The notes: a model not told the origin generated them from the sequence alone. Counted from the first letter of the stretch, positions 51,428 through 62,389 are shown. The stretch: DNA of 64,000 nucleotides from Longimicrobiales bacterium (GCA_965249725.1 CBDFMQ010000002.1:2528001-2592000); one strand, 5' to 3'. A program made the numbers and translations.

Positions 51428-52900
51428 TCAGTACGGCAGGAAGTAGAGCACGAGTGCCAGGAACGGCGTCAGCAGGATCATCATGGTGATCCCGTAGCCG
51501 AACATGTCTCGAGCCCGGAGACCGGTGATCGCCAGCAGGGGGATCGCCCAGAACGGGTTGAACAGGTTCGTGTGCGCATCCCCGACGGCGTAGGCCGCGA
51601 TGGTCTGCCCATGCGGGATTCCCAGCTCCGCGCCCGCTACCATCATCGGACCACCGATGATCGCCCACTCACCGCCCGCCGACGGTACGAAGACGTTGAG
51701 GACGCCTCCCGTGATCCACGCGGTCACGGCGAAGGTGTCCGTCGTGGCGATCGAGAGCAGCGACTCGGTCATCGTGTCGACCAGTCCGGTCCCGGTCATG
51801 ATGCCGATGATTCCCGCATAGAAGGGGAACAGCAACACCACCCCGGCGCTCCCCTGCACCGAGTCGTAGAACTCACGCAGATACTTGGTCGGGCTGACAT
51901 AAAGCAGCATCCCGATCATCAGGAACCCGAAGTTGAAATTGTTCAGGTCCAGGGCGCCAAGACCGCGGGTGAAGAACGCCCTCAAGAAGAGCACGACGCC
52001 GGTCAACGCGAGTACGCCCCCGAGGATTCGGCTGTTGTCGATCCGGTCGGCCAGAGCCGGCTTGACGCTAGCAGGCCTCTCGTCGCTCCGGACGGGCAGC
52101 GTCTCCAGCTGTGCGCCACCGTCCACGTTCAGGTCGGTGTCGGCTTCTCGCGACCCCGCGATCTCGACGTGCAGATCCTCGTCGTCTGCGAGGTCCACGT
52201 AGGCGCCGATCGGTCTGCAGTTCTCCGCGGGCGGGCTGAGCAGATACAGCATGATCGAACCGTAGACGATGGACAGGCCCGTCAGGATCAGCGGGTAGGG
52301 ATGGAAGACCCACTCCGTCGAAGGGATCACCCGGTCGACGAAGCCCATCATCATCAGCGCGTTGCCTTCCGTGGCCTGTAGAAGACCGGCAGAACTCGAC
52401 AGCCCCCAGCCCCACGTGAGGCTCATTCCCATGTAGCCGGCCACGGCCAAGAGCGGATAGTGCGTGGCCATCCCTTGCTTCGCTGCGTACTTGCCCATCT
52501 CTCGGGCCAGGATCGCCCCGAAGATGAGGCCGAGACCCCAGGAGATCCATCCGGTCAGCATCGATCCGACGCCCACCAAGACAACGGCCTGTCGGCCGTT
52601 CTTGGGGAGGCGGACGAGCGCGAGGATCATGCCCCGCACCTTGGGGTGGTAGGCCACGACGTTGGCGGTCACCAGGATGATCACCATCTGCATCGCGAAC
52701 TGCAGAAGTGCCCAGAAGCCTCCGTACCACGAGAGGGCGATCTCGGTGACGGCGGAGCCCTCAGAGATGAACGCGGCACCCGCAGCGACGTACGTCAGCA
52801 GGATCGCGAACAGGAACGGGCTCGGCATCCAACGCTCGACCCGATCGGCGATCGCCTCTCCGAATTTTTGGACGGGCGTCAGATTTGGCTCTGCGCCCAT
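51428..52900 (-). CDS. Short-chain fatty acid transporter, AtoE family
   Basis: ERWMPSPFLFAI, FAMQM, FPFYAGI, FVPSAGGEW, PFWAIPLL. Confidence 0.85.
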   Translation of the reverse strand: MGAEPNLTPVQKFGEAIADRVERWMPSPFLFAILLTYVAAGAAFISEGSAVTEIALSWYGGFWALLQFAMQMVIILVTANVVAYHPKVRGMILALVRLPKNGRQAVVLVGVGSMLTGWISWGLGLIFGAILAREMGKYAAKQGMATHYPLLAVAGYMGMSLTWGWGLSSSAGLLQATEGNALMMMGFVDRVIPSTEWVFHPYPLILTGLSIVYGSIMLYLLSPPAENCRPIGAYVDLADDEDLHVEIAGSREADTDLNVDGGAQLETLPVRSDERPASVKPALADRIDNSRILGGVLALTGVVLFLRAFFTRGLGALDLNNFNFGFLMIGMLLYVSPTKYLREFYDSVQGSAGVVLLFPFYAGIIGIMTGTGLVDTMTESLLSIATTDTFAVTAWITGGVLNVFVPSAGGEWAIIGGPMMVAGAELGIPHGQTIAAYAVGDAHTNLFNPFWAIPLLAITGLRARDMFGYGITMMILLTPFLALVLYFLPY

Positions 52901-52911
52901 CTCCACCGGGC

Positions 52912-54828
52912 TCAGCGTCCCGCCCTTGGAATGCCCGGCCGATGCCCGTCTGCCGCAGGCATCCAGGGGTCTTCCACACCGGCCCCCTCACAGACGTCGC
53001 CGGTATCGAGGAAGTGCGTGTGCAGGCACTCCAGCGTCGACCCCAGCCCCTGCAGCAGCTCCACGGTCTCCGGATAGGCCACCCTGGTGAAGAAGCCAGC
53101 GCGTCCGCCGCGGGCCATGTCGGCCGTGGATTGGCCGAGGCGAGTGATCGCCATGACGTCCGCACCCTGGGACATCAGATACTCGATCATCTCGTTATCG
53201 CCGCGCGAAGCCGCGTAGTGGAGAGGAGTATAGAGCCAGGAATCGAGCAGGTTCACGTCGGCGCCATGCTCTTCGAGCAGGTAGCGGACGGCGGGCAGGA
53301 ACTGCTTCGGCTTGTTGCGTACGCTGAAGGCCCCGAGCCCCAGATATCCCCCACCCGCGGCGGCATGGATCGGATAGGCGTTCTCCACTCCCTCGGGGAT
53401 CCACGGCAGCCCCGAGTCCTCCTGCTGCCGTCCGTCCTGTTGCCGGCGTTCCCGCATCCCCACAGCCGGCCAACGTGTCGGGATATTGGGATCGGCGCCG
53501 TAGGAAGCGAGCAGCCGCAGGGCATCGAGGTCCTGGGCGAAGGCGGCCCGCCAAAACGGCGTCGCACCGGTAAGGTCGATCCCCATCTTGGTGAGGCCGA
53601 ACTCCCAGTACCACAGATGCGTGTTGAGACGCCTGTCGGGGTCGGCCCCCGCCTCCAGCAGCGCCTCCATCACCTCGAGGTACTCGGCCTCCTGATCGTC
53701 GTGCGCGCGGGGCTGCGGATAGTTGGACTTGGGAGCCCACTGGGTCTGCAGCGCAGCGAACAGGGGCGCAGCCCCGTCGGTATCAGCCGCCAGGTTCGGA
53801 TCCGCACCGCGCTCCACCAGGAGCATCGCCAGGTCGAACTGGCCGTTCAGGGCGGCCATCAGAAGCGGGCTGGTGTTGTCGGCACTGACCTGATCGATGT
53901 CGGCGCCTGCGTCGAGGAGGGCGAGAGCGGACTCTACGTGGCCCTCCCGCGCGGCGTGAAGGAGGGCGGACATCCCACCCGTCTTCCCGACCAGCACCTC
54001 ACGGTACGGAGGACGCGTCACCGGAGGTCCCCCGGGATAGTCGGGCCTCACGTTCGACAGCGACTCGCCGTCGACCCCACCCGGATCGTAGCCCGACAGC
54101 AGAAACTCACGCTGAGCCATGATGGCGGCCTGAGCCTGAGCCGGCGTGGGCTCCCAGTCCTGTCCCTCTGCTTCGGCTGCACCCAGTTCCTCGATCGCCT
54201 CACCCAAGCGACGACGGGCCTCACGATCGGCCGCGATACTACGGAGCACGTCGACGCTCTCGGTCTGCGCCCCGTGGTCGGCGCCGTGTTCGAGCAAGGC
54301 CACCACGGCCTCCGTCCGGTTGTAGGCGACGGCGAACATCAGCGGGGTCTGCCCCGAAGACGCCTCCCGGGCGTTAACCACAGCGCCTGATTCCAACAGT
54401 GCCGTGACGACCTCGGCACCATCGACGGCCGCGGCCGCGAGGTGGAGAGGGGTGACGCCGGTGTTCGTCGTGACCGCTTGAGGATCCGCACCCGCGTCGA
54501 GGAGCGCGCGGGCGACCGGTCCGTGACCGCCGCGACCGGCCAGATGAAGCGGCGTGTAGGCACCGATCCGGGTCTTGGCCTCGACCTCCGCACCCGCCGA
54601 CAGGAGCACCTCTGCGACCGCGGCGTGACCGAGCTCCGCGGCCCAGTGCAGCGCGGTCATCCCGTCACCCGGCCTCGTATTCGCGTCGGCGCCCGATGCC
54701 AACAGGGACCGGACCGCCTCTACGTCACCCTGCCTCGCAGCGTCGATGAGCGGCTCGCCCGTCCGAAGCGTGGCGGCGCACAGCACCGCCGCCAAGCTCA
54801 GGGCGACCATCGACCCCACTCGGGTCAT
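52912..54828 (-). CDS. Secreted ankyrin-repeat protein
   Basis: Multiple TALHWAA/TPLHLA...GAD repeats. ATGA overlap with the DUF1552 gene. Confidence 0.92.
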   Translation of the reverse strand: MTRVGSMVALSLAAVLCAATLRTGEPLIDAARQGDVEAVRSLLASGADANTRPGDGMTALHWAAELGHAAVAEVLLSAGAEVEAKTRIGAYTPLHLAGRGGHGPVARALLDAGADPQAVTTNTGVTPLHLAAAAVDGAEVVTALLESGAVVNAREASSGQTPLMFAVAYNRTEAVVALLEHGADHGAQTESVDVLRSIAADREARRRLGEAIEELGAAEAEGQDWEPTPAQAQAAIMAQREFLLSGYDPGGVDGESLSNVRPDYPGGPPVTRPPYREVLVGKTGGMSALLHAAREGHVESALALLDAGADIDQVSADNTSPLLMAALNGQFDLAMLLVERGADPNLAADTDGAAPLFAALQTQWAPKSNYPQPRAHDDQEAEYLEVMEALLEAGADPDRRLNTHLWYWEFGLTKMGIDLTGATPFWRAAFAQDLDALRLLASYGADPNIPTRWPAVGMRERRQQDGRQQEDSGLPWIPEGVENAYPIHAAAGGGYLGLGAFSVRNKPKQFLPAVRYLLEEHGADVNLLDSWLYTPLHYAASRGDNEMIEYLMSQGADVMAITRLGQSTADMARGGRAGFFTRVAYPETVELLQGLGSTLECLHTHFLDTGDVCEGAGVEDPWMPAADGHRPGIPRAGR

Positions 54829-56252
54829 GCGCCGTTACCTCTACCGGACGACGCGCCCTGAGGATGGCTCAGGCTGAACGTGTCCGTGCTGTCTCCGAAG
54901 CTCTCCATCTCGTCGTGCCCGATGCGGTGCATCAGATCCAGGAAGGCGTTCGCCATGGGCGTGCCGCGGGGGGTCCTCAGGTGGAGGCCACCCTCCAGGT
55001 TCCCGTTCGCCTTGCCCAGCACCAGGAGGGGGCAGCGCCGGTGGTTGTGGAGGTTCGGATCGGCCATGGGGGAGCCCCAGACGATCGCCGACTTGTCGAG
55101 CAGCGAAGCGTCCCCGTCCATGGTGTCGCGCATCTTGGCGAGGAAGTATCCGAGCTGGCTCGTACGGAACGCGTTGATCTTGTTGAAGTCGAGGATGTCC
55201 GCGGGAACGTTGCCGTGATGCGAGGCGCCATGAACGCCCTTCGTCGTGCCGCTTCCCGGATGGGTCCGGTTCGACTGATCGAAGCCCGTCTTGAACGTGA
55301 TCACACGGGTCAGATCGGACTGCAACGCGAGCACCTGAAGTTCGAACATCAGCTGCATGTGCTCTTCCCACGAGTCGGGAACGCCGGACGGCGCCTCGGG
55401 CATCTCCCGCTCTTCACCACTCGCATTGCGTGCTTCGACCAATTCGATCCGACGCTCGATCTCGCGGATGTGCGTGACGTACTCGTCCAACGCCAACCGA
55501 TCCACGGCCCCCAACTCGCGCCGCAAGCGAACCACCTCTGAAGCGATCCAGTCGATCATGCTGCGGTCGGTCCGGCGCCGGGCCGCACGGTCCTCCGGTG
55601 AATCCCCCGACCCGAAGAGCCGCTCGAAGACGACCCTCGGCTCCCGGATAGCGGGGAGCGGCTGGTTGGGCGAAGCCCAGGACAGCGAGGTCGTATAGGC
55701 ACAGTGGTAGTTGTAGGCGCAGCCGCCCCCACGATCGATGCCCTCGACGCAGAGCTCGAGCGACGGCAACGCCGTATCCCGGCCGAAGCGGCGGGCGTGC
55801 ATCTGGTCGAGCGAGGTCCCCAGGAAGAAGTCCGACCCCTGTGTCTGCTTCGGATGGGACTGGGTCAGGAAGACGCCGGTCGACCGGTCGTGGTCGCCAC
55901 CGATCTCTTCGGCGCTATACGCCTCGGCGCCCCGACAGTCCGTGTCGCTGACGATGGTCATGTAGTCACGGAATTCCTGCAGCGGGGCCAACTGGCTGTT
56001 CGCCGCGAACTCGAAGTCCCGACCGACCGTGGCGGGCGAGAACAGGTGCTGCGTGTCTCCCCACTCGTTCGAACCGGCGGAGCCCATGGACTCCTCGATG
56101 CAGATCAGGCGCGTGGCACCCGGAGCCCTGGTCCGGTCCAGCCATGGTCTCCCGGCAGGAACCATGGCGTCCAGGAACGGCAAGGCGATGGCCGCGCCCG
56201 AGGCCCGGAGGAACGTCCGGCGAGGAAGGTGCTTCCCTGTGATGAATTCCAT
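54825..56252 (-). CDS. DUF1552 domain-containing protein
   Basis: RRTFLR...ALPFLDAM, LPSLEL, PRVVFERLFG, HGASHHG. Confidence 0.9.
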   Translation of the reverse strand: MEFITGKHLPRRTFLRASGAAIALPFLDAMVPAGRPWLDRTRAPGATRLICIEESMGSAGSNEWGDTQHLFSPATVGRDFEFAANSQLAPLQEFRDYMTIVSDTDCRGAEAYSAEEIGGDHDRSTGVFLTQSHPKQTQGSDFFLGTSLDQMHARRFGRDTALPSLELCVEGIDRGGGCAYNYHCAYTTSLSWASPNQPLPAIREPRVVFERLFGSGDSPEDRAARRRTDRSMIDWIASEVVRLRRELGAVDRLALDEYVTHIREIERRIELVEARNASGEEREMPEAPSGVPDSWEEHMQLMFELQVLALQSDLTRVITFKTGFDQSNRTHPGSGTTKGVHGASHHGNVPADILDFNKINAFRTSQLGYFLAKMRDTMDGDASLLDKSAIVWGSPMADPNLHNHRRCPLLVLGKANGNLEGGLHLRTPRGTPMANAFLDLMHRIGHDEMESFGDSTDTFSLSHPQGASSGRGNGA

Positions 56253-56256
56253 GGTC

Positions 56257-58743
56257 CTAGTTCCCTTGCTGGGGTTCGGCGTCTTCCACCGCCTGAGCTC
56301 TCGTCATCTGGAACTGATCGCTCCGCACGACCCCCATGATGAACGAGGACATCCTATAGTCGTTCGCTTCGGCCTCCCGCTCGATCGCCCGGACCGTCGG
56401 TTGGTCGTAGTACTCGAAACGTCTGCCCATCGCGTAGGAGAGCAGATTCGAAGTGAAGTTTCTCACCAAGGGGATCGGCCGCTTCATGAGTACCTCGGTG
56501 AGTTCACTCGGAGTGCTCACGTCGGTCCCGTCGTAGAAGGTGCCGCGCGTGTCGAGCGGCATGCCGTTCTCGCGGAACCGGTACCGGCCCGTCACGTCGT
56601 AGCTGTCGAGGGCCAATCCGATGGGGTCCATGAACCGATGACACGAGTTGCACGTGGGATTGGCGCGGTGCTTCTCCATCCGCTGGCGTGTCGTCAGAGG
56701 CTTGCCGTCCACCGCACCTTCGGTTTCCTCGAACGCCGGCACATTCGGCGGCGGCGGCGGTGGCGGAGTGCCCATGAGCACCTCCATCACCCACTTGCCA
56801 CGCAGCACCACCGAGGTCCGCGCCGACATGGAGGTCAGTAGCAGGACGCTTCCGTGACTCAGCACGCCGCTCCGGGTGTTCGGCGGATATTCGACGCGCC
56901 GGAACTCGTTGCCCGCCACTCCGGGGATGTCGTAGTGACGCGCCAACCGTTCGTTGATGAACGTGTAGTCGGCCGTGAAGAGTTCGAGCAGGCCCTGGTC
57001 CTCTCGCACGAGATGATCGAAGAACAACTGCGTCTCCCGCACCATGTCCGCGCCGAGCTGACCCGTGAAGTCGGGATAGAGGAACGGCTCGGGCCGGTTC
57101 TTCTCGGCATCCTGCAGCCGCAGCCACTGCGACGCGAAGCGCGTGGCCAACGCGAAGGAGCGCTCGTCCTCGAGCATGCGGGTGACCTGCTGCTCGAGCA
57201 CATCAGGCTCCGACAGGCGGCCCTCGGTTGCGACCTCGAGCAGCTCATCGTCCGGGCCCGTGGCCCACAGGAAGAACGACAGGCGCGACGCGAGCTCGAC
57301 CTCGCCCAACCGGTAGCTCTCGCCGGGTCGAACCCCGGCAGGCTCGCGCTCGAGCCGGAAGATGAACGACGGGCTGGCGAGAACGGCCTGAACGCCGGTC
57401 CGTACGCCGACCTCGAAGCCCTGCTCCGCCGCGGCGGACTCGTAGAAAGCCATGATGCCCGCGAGATCCTCTTCCGAAACCGGCCGCCTGTAAGCGTCCT
57501 CGGCGAGTCGCGAGAGGATCGACTCTGCGCAGGCACGGTCCTCTCCCGCGTCCGCGGAATCCGGGTAGCAGCTGAAGATCTTGCTGCGACTCGCCGTCTC
57601 GGAGACGCCGACGGCCACGGCTGGACCGGTGATCATCAACTCACTCAGGTGCGGCAGCGCGGTGATCCCGTAGTTGGCCCACGCCTGGGAGTCCTCTCCA
57701 CCGACGAAGGACCAGGCGAAGGGGCTGAGCCGATCCTCATAGGGACCGTCGATCTTCCGGACGAAGGCGACCGCGATCTGATGCTGCCCGGCCCGGACGA
57801 AGACGGGGTCGGTCCGGATGGGCAGTCTGGAGCCACCGCTATGCTCCAAGGCCAGAAGCGCCACGCCCTCCCCGTCCACGGAGAAATCCAGGTCCTCGAA
57901 CCCCCTGGCCTGGCCGAAGAGAGTCTCCACCTCGAAGACGTACTCGCCATCCGATGGGAAGTCGTGCGTCACGACCATGCCGCCACGGGTCCCGAACGGG
58001 GTGCCCTCGATGTGATCCCATGCGTGCTGCGAGACCTCGATCGGGTTCGTGTACTTGCTCGAGGCGGACGGCGCGGAGGGATTACCCATGGCGATCCGAC
58101 TGATCTCGGTGGCGGCCCTCAGGTAGGCCTCCATCAGCGTGACGGAGAGCCCCTGAGCGTCGGACATGTTGTCGAAGTTGCCTAGGTACGTGTCGGCGGG
58201 GAGCCAACGACCCGGGTCCACATGGAGGGCGAGCAGGTCGGCGACCTCCCTGGCGTACTCGGCCCGATTGAGCCGCTGGAATCTGCGAGCGCCGGGATTC
58301 GGAGCGGCTGCGGCAGCTTCGTCGATCAACGTCTCCAGGGTCTCGACCAACGCTGTGAGCGTGTCGCCACCCGGTCGGGGGGCTCCGGGAGCCGGCATCA
58401 TCCCTGCGCGGAGCTTGACGATCATCTTCTCCGCCGTCTCGGCACGCTCGGCCGCGCGCTCCACCTCGAAGTCCGACAGAGACAGGTTGCCCGTCAGCAC
58501 CACGTCGTTGTGACACACCACGCAGTACTGACGCACCACACCGGTCAGGTCGTCCGCAGGGATGCCGGCGATCCTCGGAGCCGTACCCGGCATCGACACT
58601 TCCGGACCGGAGAAGCCGGACAAATAGGTGTCGACGGCGCTGTCCAAGGTCATCGCCTGCTGGCTTTGGGTAGAGCCGAGCGCGGCGTCGGGGCCTAAAA
58701 GGGCGAGCACGGCGAAGACCAAGGTGGCACTGAGCCTCTTCAT
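56257..58743 (-). CDS. DUF1592/DUF1588-type (PSD domain) protein with c-heme motifs
   Basis: CVVCH, RLNRAEY, ELASRLSFFLW, TSVVLRGKW, PPPPPP, CNSCH. Confidence 0.9.
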   Translation of the reverse strand: MKRLSATLVFAVLALLGPDAALGSTQSQQAMTLDSAVDTYLSGFSGPEVSMPGTAPRIAGIPADDLTGVVRQYCVVCHNDVVLTGNLSLSDFEVERAAERAETAEKMIVKLRAGMMPAPGAPRPGGDTLTALVETLETLIDEAAAAAPNPGARRFQRLNRAEYAREVADLLALHVDPGRWLPADTYLGNFDNMSDAQGLSVTLMEAYLRAATEISRIAMGNPSAPSASSKYTNPIEVSQHAWDHIEGTPFGTRGGMVVTHDFPSDGEYVFEVETLFGQARGFEDLDFSVDGEGVALLALEHSGGSRLPIRTDPVFVRAGQHQIAVAFVRKIDGPYEDRLSPFAWSFVGGEDSQAWANYGITALPHLSELMITGPAVAVGVSETASRSKIFSCYPDSADAGEDRACAESILSRLAEDAYRRPVSEEDLAGIMAFYESAAAEQGFEVGVRTGVQAVLASPSFIFRLEREPAGVRPGESYRLGEVELASRLSFFLWATGPDDELLEVATEGRLSEPDVLEQQVTRMLEDERSFALATRFASQWLRLQDAEKNRPEPFLYPDFTGQLGADMVRETQLFFDHLVREDQGLLELFTADYTFINERLARHYDIPGVAGNEFRRVEYPPNTRSGVLSHGSVLLLTSMSARTSVVLRGKWVMEVLMGTPPPPPPPNVPAFEETEGAVDGKPLTTRQRMEKHRANPTCNSCHRFMDPIGLALDSYDVTGRYRFRENGMPLDTRGTFYDGTDVSTPSELTEVLMKRPIPLVRNFTSNLLSYAMGRRFEYYDQPTVRAIEREAEANDYRMSSFIMGVVRSDQFQMTRAQAVEDAEPQQGN

Positions 58744-58956
58744 AACCGTATGGCCCTCCGGCCACCTGCGTGTTCTAAGAAACAACTAAGGCCTCCCCGC
58801 CCAAGCCTAACGTGAGGGGCGGACCCAGACGGGTCAAGCAGAATCGTCCAGCACCCGATGATAAGCTGTCGGTTTCGCCTGAACGCCCGTTATACTCACC
58901 CCGAGTGCCTTTGGACCCTTCCAACCGGCTTCTTCGGGAGCGACTCAGGGGATGAC

Positions 58957-60099
58957 ATGGTGAGACTGAACCGCATGGGCGTAGGCCTGATCCTCGCCAC
59001 CGCGTCCGTGGTACTCCTCTCGTGCGACGGAGAGAACCAAGCGGCTTCCCGGTCGGGCTCCCAGGGCGCGGTCGTGAAGGGTGGGGACGACCGGTCCGGA
59101 GAATACGAGGCCGTCGAGGGCTGGTGGAAGCCGGCGCCGGACCACACGGAGCCATGGAGGTGGGGCCAGGTGTCAGGGGTAGCGGTGGACAATCCCGACC
59201 GGGTACTCGTGGGCATCTGGGGGGATCGTGATGCGCAGGGCCGGGAGAGGGAGGGCAGCACCAACTACGTCGTGGCCGTCGATCGGGACGGGAATATCAC
59301 GGAGAACTGGTCACAGTGGGACTCGATCTTCAACAAGCCGCACCAGCTCTACATCAGTCCTTACGATCCGGAGCGCCACGTTTGGATCGTGGAGCGCGGC
59401 GGTGGCAAGGGGGTCAACATGCAGATCCTCAAGTTCACCAACGACGGCAGCGAGCTGGTGATGCGCCTCGTCGATCCTGACCACCCGACGACCCGGGCCG
59501 AGGCACGGGCGAACCCAAACCCCGGGCCCTACACATACGGCGATCCGGCGGTGCTCGCCTTCTTCCCCAACGGCGACTTCCTGCTCGGCGACGGCTACTG
59601 GCACTCGCGCATCGTCAAGTACAACGCGGCTGGTGAATACCTAATGGAGTGGGGAGAGCTCGGGAGTGGCCCGGGGCAGTTCGACCTGGTCCACGGCGTC
59701 GCGATCGATCGCGATCACCGCGTCTACGTCGGAGACCGCACCAACAATCGCATCCAGGTCTTTGCGGAGGAGGGGGACTTCATCGAGGAGTGGCCCGGCA
59801 TCTCCGATCCCGTCGGTGTGTTCATCGACGAGAACGAAGCGGTCTGGGTGATCTCCGCGAAGCTGAACCGGCTGCTCAAGTACAACCGGGACGGCGAGCT
59901 CCAGTACTACTGGGGGGCATTCGGTGGCACGAGGGGCGGCTTCGTGGGTGGCCTGTCCCGCCCACACCAGTTGGACGTGGATCAGGACGGGAACGTCTAC
60001 GTAGCCAGCTGGGACGGCGGATGGATGGACAAGTTCGTACCGAGGCCAGGGGCCGATCCGAGCAAGCTGATCGGAAGGCCCCTCGTTCTCGAGCGTTAG
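58957..60099 (+). CDS. NHL-repeat (peptidyl-alpha-hydroxyglycine lyase-like) lipoprotein
   Basis: LLSC lipobox, DGYWHSRIVK, GPGQFDLVHG...DRTNNRIQVF. Confidence 0.85.
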   Translation: MVRLNRMGVGLILATASVVLLSCDGENQAASRSGSQGAVVKGGDDRSGEYEAVEGWWKPAPDHTEPWRWGQVSGVAVDNPDRVLVGIWGDRDAQGREREGSTNYVVAVDRDGNITENWSQWDSIFNKPHQLYISPYDPERHVWIVERGGGKGVNMQILKFTNDGSELVMRLVDPDHPTTRAEARANPNPGPYTYGDPAVLAFFPNGDFLLGDGYWHSRIVKYNAAGEYLMEWGELGSGPGQFDLVHGVAIDRDHRVYVGDRTNNRIQVFAEEGDFIEEWPGISDPVGVFIDENEAVWVISAKLNRLLKYNRDGELQYYWGAFGGTRGGFVGGLSRPHQLDVDQDGNVYVASWDGGWMDKFVPRPGADPSKLIGRPLVLER

Positions 60100-60102
60100 C
60101 CC

Positions 60103-62037
60103 CTAAATCAGCCAGTTCGCAATGAGGGCCCCGACGTAGGCCAGGGACAGCATGTAGGAGAACTGTAGGGCCGGCCACTTCCAGCCGGCCGTCTCCCTCC
60201 TCATCACAGCGACGGTCGAGGTACACTGCAGCGCGAACACGAAGAAGATGAGCAGGCCGACCGCGCTACCCAGATCGAGGTCCTGACGGAGGGCGTCTTG
60301 CAGCTCGATCTCCGTCTCGTCGACGTTCTCGATGGCGTAGATGGTTCCCAGGGTCCCGATGATCACCTCCCTCGCGGCCAAGGAGGAGATCAGGCCGACC
60401 CCGATCTTCCAGTCGAACCCGAGCGGCTCGATCGCTGGCTCGATGAACTGGCCCATGGTGCCGAGCACGCTCTGCTCGATCGGGGGTGGTCCTTCCGCGG
60501 TGGGCGGGAGCTGAGCGAAGACCCAGAGCAACACGGTCACGGCGAGGATGATACGGCCGGCGCGACGCAGGAATATCCGGCTCCGGTCGATAAGCCGCAT
60601 GCCCAACGATCGCAGAGTCGGAACCCGATAGGACGGCAGCTCCATCATGAACGACGCGCGCTCACCGCGAAGTAGCGTCCGCCGCAAGATCAACGTCGTC
60701 ATGATCGCAGCCAGAGCCCCTAGCGCGTACAGACCGAGTAGTACGGCGGCCCTCGTGCCGACAATTGGGCCCAAGAGTGGGCGATCAGGGATGAACGCAG
60801 CGATCAGAAGAGCGTAGACCGGAAGCCGCGCCGAGCACGTCATGAACGGGGCCACGAAGATGGTGGCGAGCCGATCACGTTCGTCTTCGACCGTTCGCGC
60901 CGACAGGATGGCGGGGACCGCGCAGGCATAGGCCGACAGGAGCGGCAGGAAGGCGCGTCCCTGAAGACCCACCCGATACATCATCCGGTCCGCGATGACG
61001 GCGGCCCGAGCCATATAGCCCGAATCCTCGAGTACACCCAGGAACAGGAAGAGGATGAGGATCTGGGGCAGGAAGACCAGGACCGATCCGACCCCTGCCC
61101 AGACGCCGTCGATCAAGAGTGAACGGAACCACGACTCCGGAAGAAACGCCGCAATCCACTCACCGGACGTCGCGATCAGATACTCCACGCCGTCCATGGC
61201 CGGCACCGCCCAGGTGAAGATCGCCTGAAAGACCAGGACGATCACGGCCAAGAAGACCAGAGGACCCCCGACACGGTGCAGGAACAACTCGTCCAGTCGA
61301 TAGTCGATCTTCGACCGGTGAGGCATCCGGTAGCCGGCCTTGTCCACGACGCCCCGAAGCCTGCGCCGCCGTGCCTCGAACACATCGATCATCGGGAGCT
61401 CGTTGCCGGCGGGGAGGTTGGCAATCGCGTTGGGGGCCTTATCTGCGGGCGCTCCCTCTGCTAGCACCTCCTCGAGAAACTCTCGAGCCTGCGCCACCCC
61501 CTCGCCACTCCTGGCGTTGGCCTTGATGACCGAGACGCCCAACTCTTCGGCCACGACCGCCTCATCGATCGCTCCCCCCCGGCTATCGAGCTCGTCCGTC
61601 ATGTTGAGAACGAGCAGGGTCGGGAGTCCCATCGACAGCACGGGCTCAACCATCATCAGTTGAGACTCCAGCCGGGTGGAGTCGACGACGAGAATGAGAG
61701 CCACCGGCTCGCGAAGTCCCTCGAGCCGTCCCTCTAATGCGTCACGGGTAATCCTCTCGTCGGCGCTGCGAGCCGAGAAGCCGCTGACACCGGGGAGGTC
61801 GAGAAGGTCGACCGTCCGGTCGTCGCCGAGTCGTACTTCGCCCAGGTGCTTCTCCACCGTGACACCCGGGTAGTTCGCGACCTTTTGACGGAGACCGGTG
61901 AGCTGGTTGAAGAGCGTGGATTTGCCCGAGTTGGGCGGACCCACCATTGCTACGAGAGGTGCGTCGACGTGGTCGGGCGGAGGGAGTACCGCATGACCCG
62001 AGTGGGCCTCGGCGGTATTGGAGCTACGGGGAGACAC
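60103..62037 (-). CDS. feoB: Ferrous iron transport protein B
   Basis: GPPNSGKS, NYPGVT, DLPG, NMTD, EDSGYMARAA, PFMTCSARLPVY. Confidence 0.95.
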   Translation of the reverse strand: MSPRSSNTAEAHSGHAVLPPPDHVDAPLVAMVGPPNSGKSTLFNQLTGLRQKVANYPGVTVEKHLGEVRLGDDRTVDLLDLPGVSGFSARSADERITRDALEGRLEGLREPVALILVVDSTRLESQLMMVEPVLSMGLPTLLVLNMTDELDSRGGAIDEAVVAEELGVSVIKANARSGEGVAQAREFLEEVLAEGAPADKAPNAIANLPAGNELPMIDVFEARRRRLRGVVDKAGYRMPHRSKIDYRLDELFLHRVGGPLVFLAVIVLVFQAIFTWAVPAMDGVEYLIATSGEWIAAFLPESWFRSLLIDGVWAGVGSVLVFLPQILILFLFLGVLEDSGYMARAAVIADRMMYRVGLQGRAFLPLLSAYACAVPAILSARTVEDERDRLATIFVAPFMTCSARLPVYALLIAAFIPDRPLLGPIVGTRAAVLLGLYALGALAAIMTTLILRRTLLRGERASFMMELPSYRVPTLRSLGMRLIDRSRIFLRRAGRIILAVTVLLWVFAQLPPTAEGPPPIEQSVLGTMGQFIEPAIEPLGFDWKIGVGLISSLAAREVIIGTLGTIYAIENVDETEIELQDALRQDLDLGSAVGLLIFFVFALQCTSTVAVMRRETAGWKWPALQFSYMLSLAYVGALIANWLI

Positions 62038-62096
62038 GGAAGCGTACTACGGCGTGTTCGGCTTCGATCCCTGACACTGAATGGGAGCCACGGCGG

Positions 62097-62369
62097 TTAG
62101 CCGTCCTGCTCGCAAAGCTGCACGCAGAGACGGGCGGCAATCTCCTGCCTCACCGCGAGCACGGAACCCTCGATCTCGATGATCGGATCGCCCGACGGGC
62201 TGCGACGAATCGGACAGAGATCGCAGCCGGGAAGAATGCCCCTCTCGAGGAGAGGTTCGAGCTTCGCTTGAGGCATGTCGAACCGGACCAGCGAAACGCG
62301 CTCGCCCAACGCCACGTCGGCGAGGCGCAGGTCGGGTCCGTCCAGTCGGGGTTCGGGCATATTCTGCAT
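62097..62369 (-). CDS. feoA: Ferrous iron transport protein A (start uncertain)
   Basis: LLERGILPG...RRSPSGDPIIEIEGSVLAVR. Directly upstream of feoB. Confidence 0.88.
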   Translation of the reverse strand: MQNMPEPRLDGPDLRLADVALGERVSLVRFDMPQAKLEPLLERGILPGCDLCPIRRSPSGDPIIEIEGSVLAVRQEIAARLCVQLCEQDG

Positions 62370-62374
62370 GTTGT

Positions 62375-62389
62375 TGAGACTGATTCTCA
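62375..62389. promoter_or_regulatory. Fur-type 7-1-7 box upstream of feoA
   Basis: TGAGACT-G-ATTCTCA, compared with the Fur consensus TGATAATnATTATCA. Confidence 0.7.
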
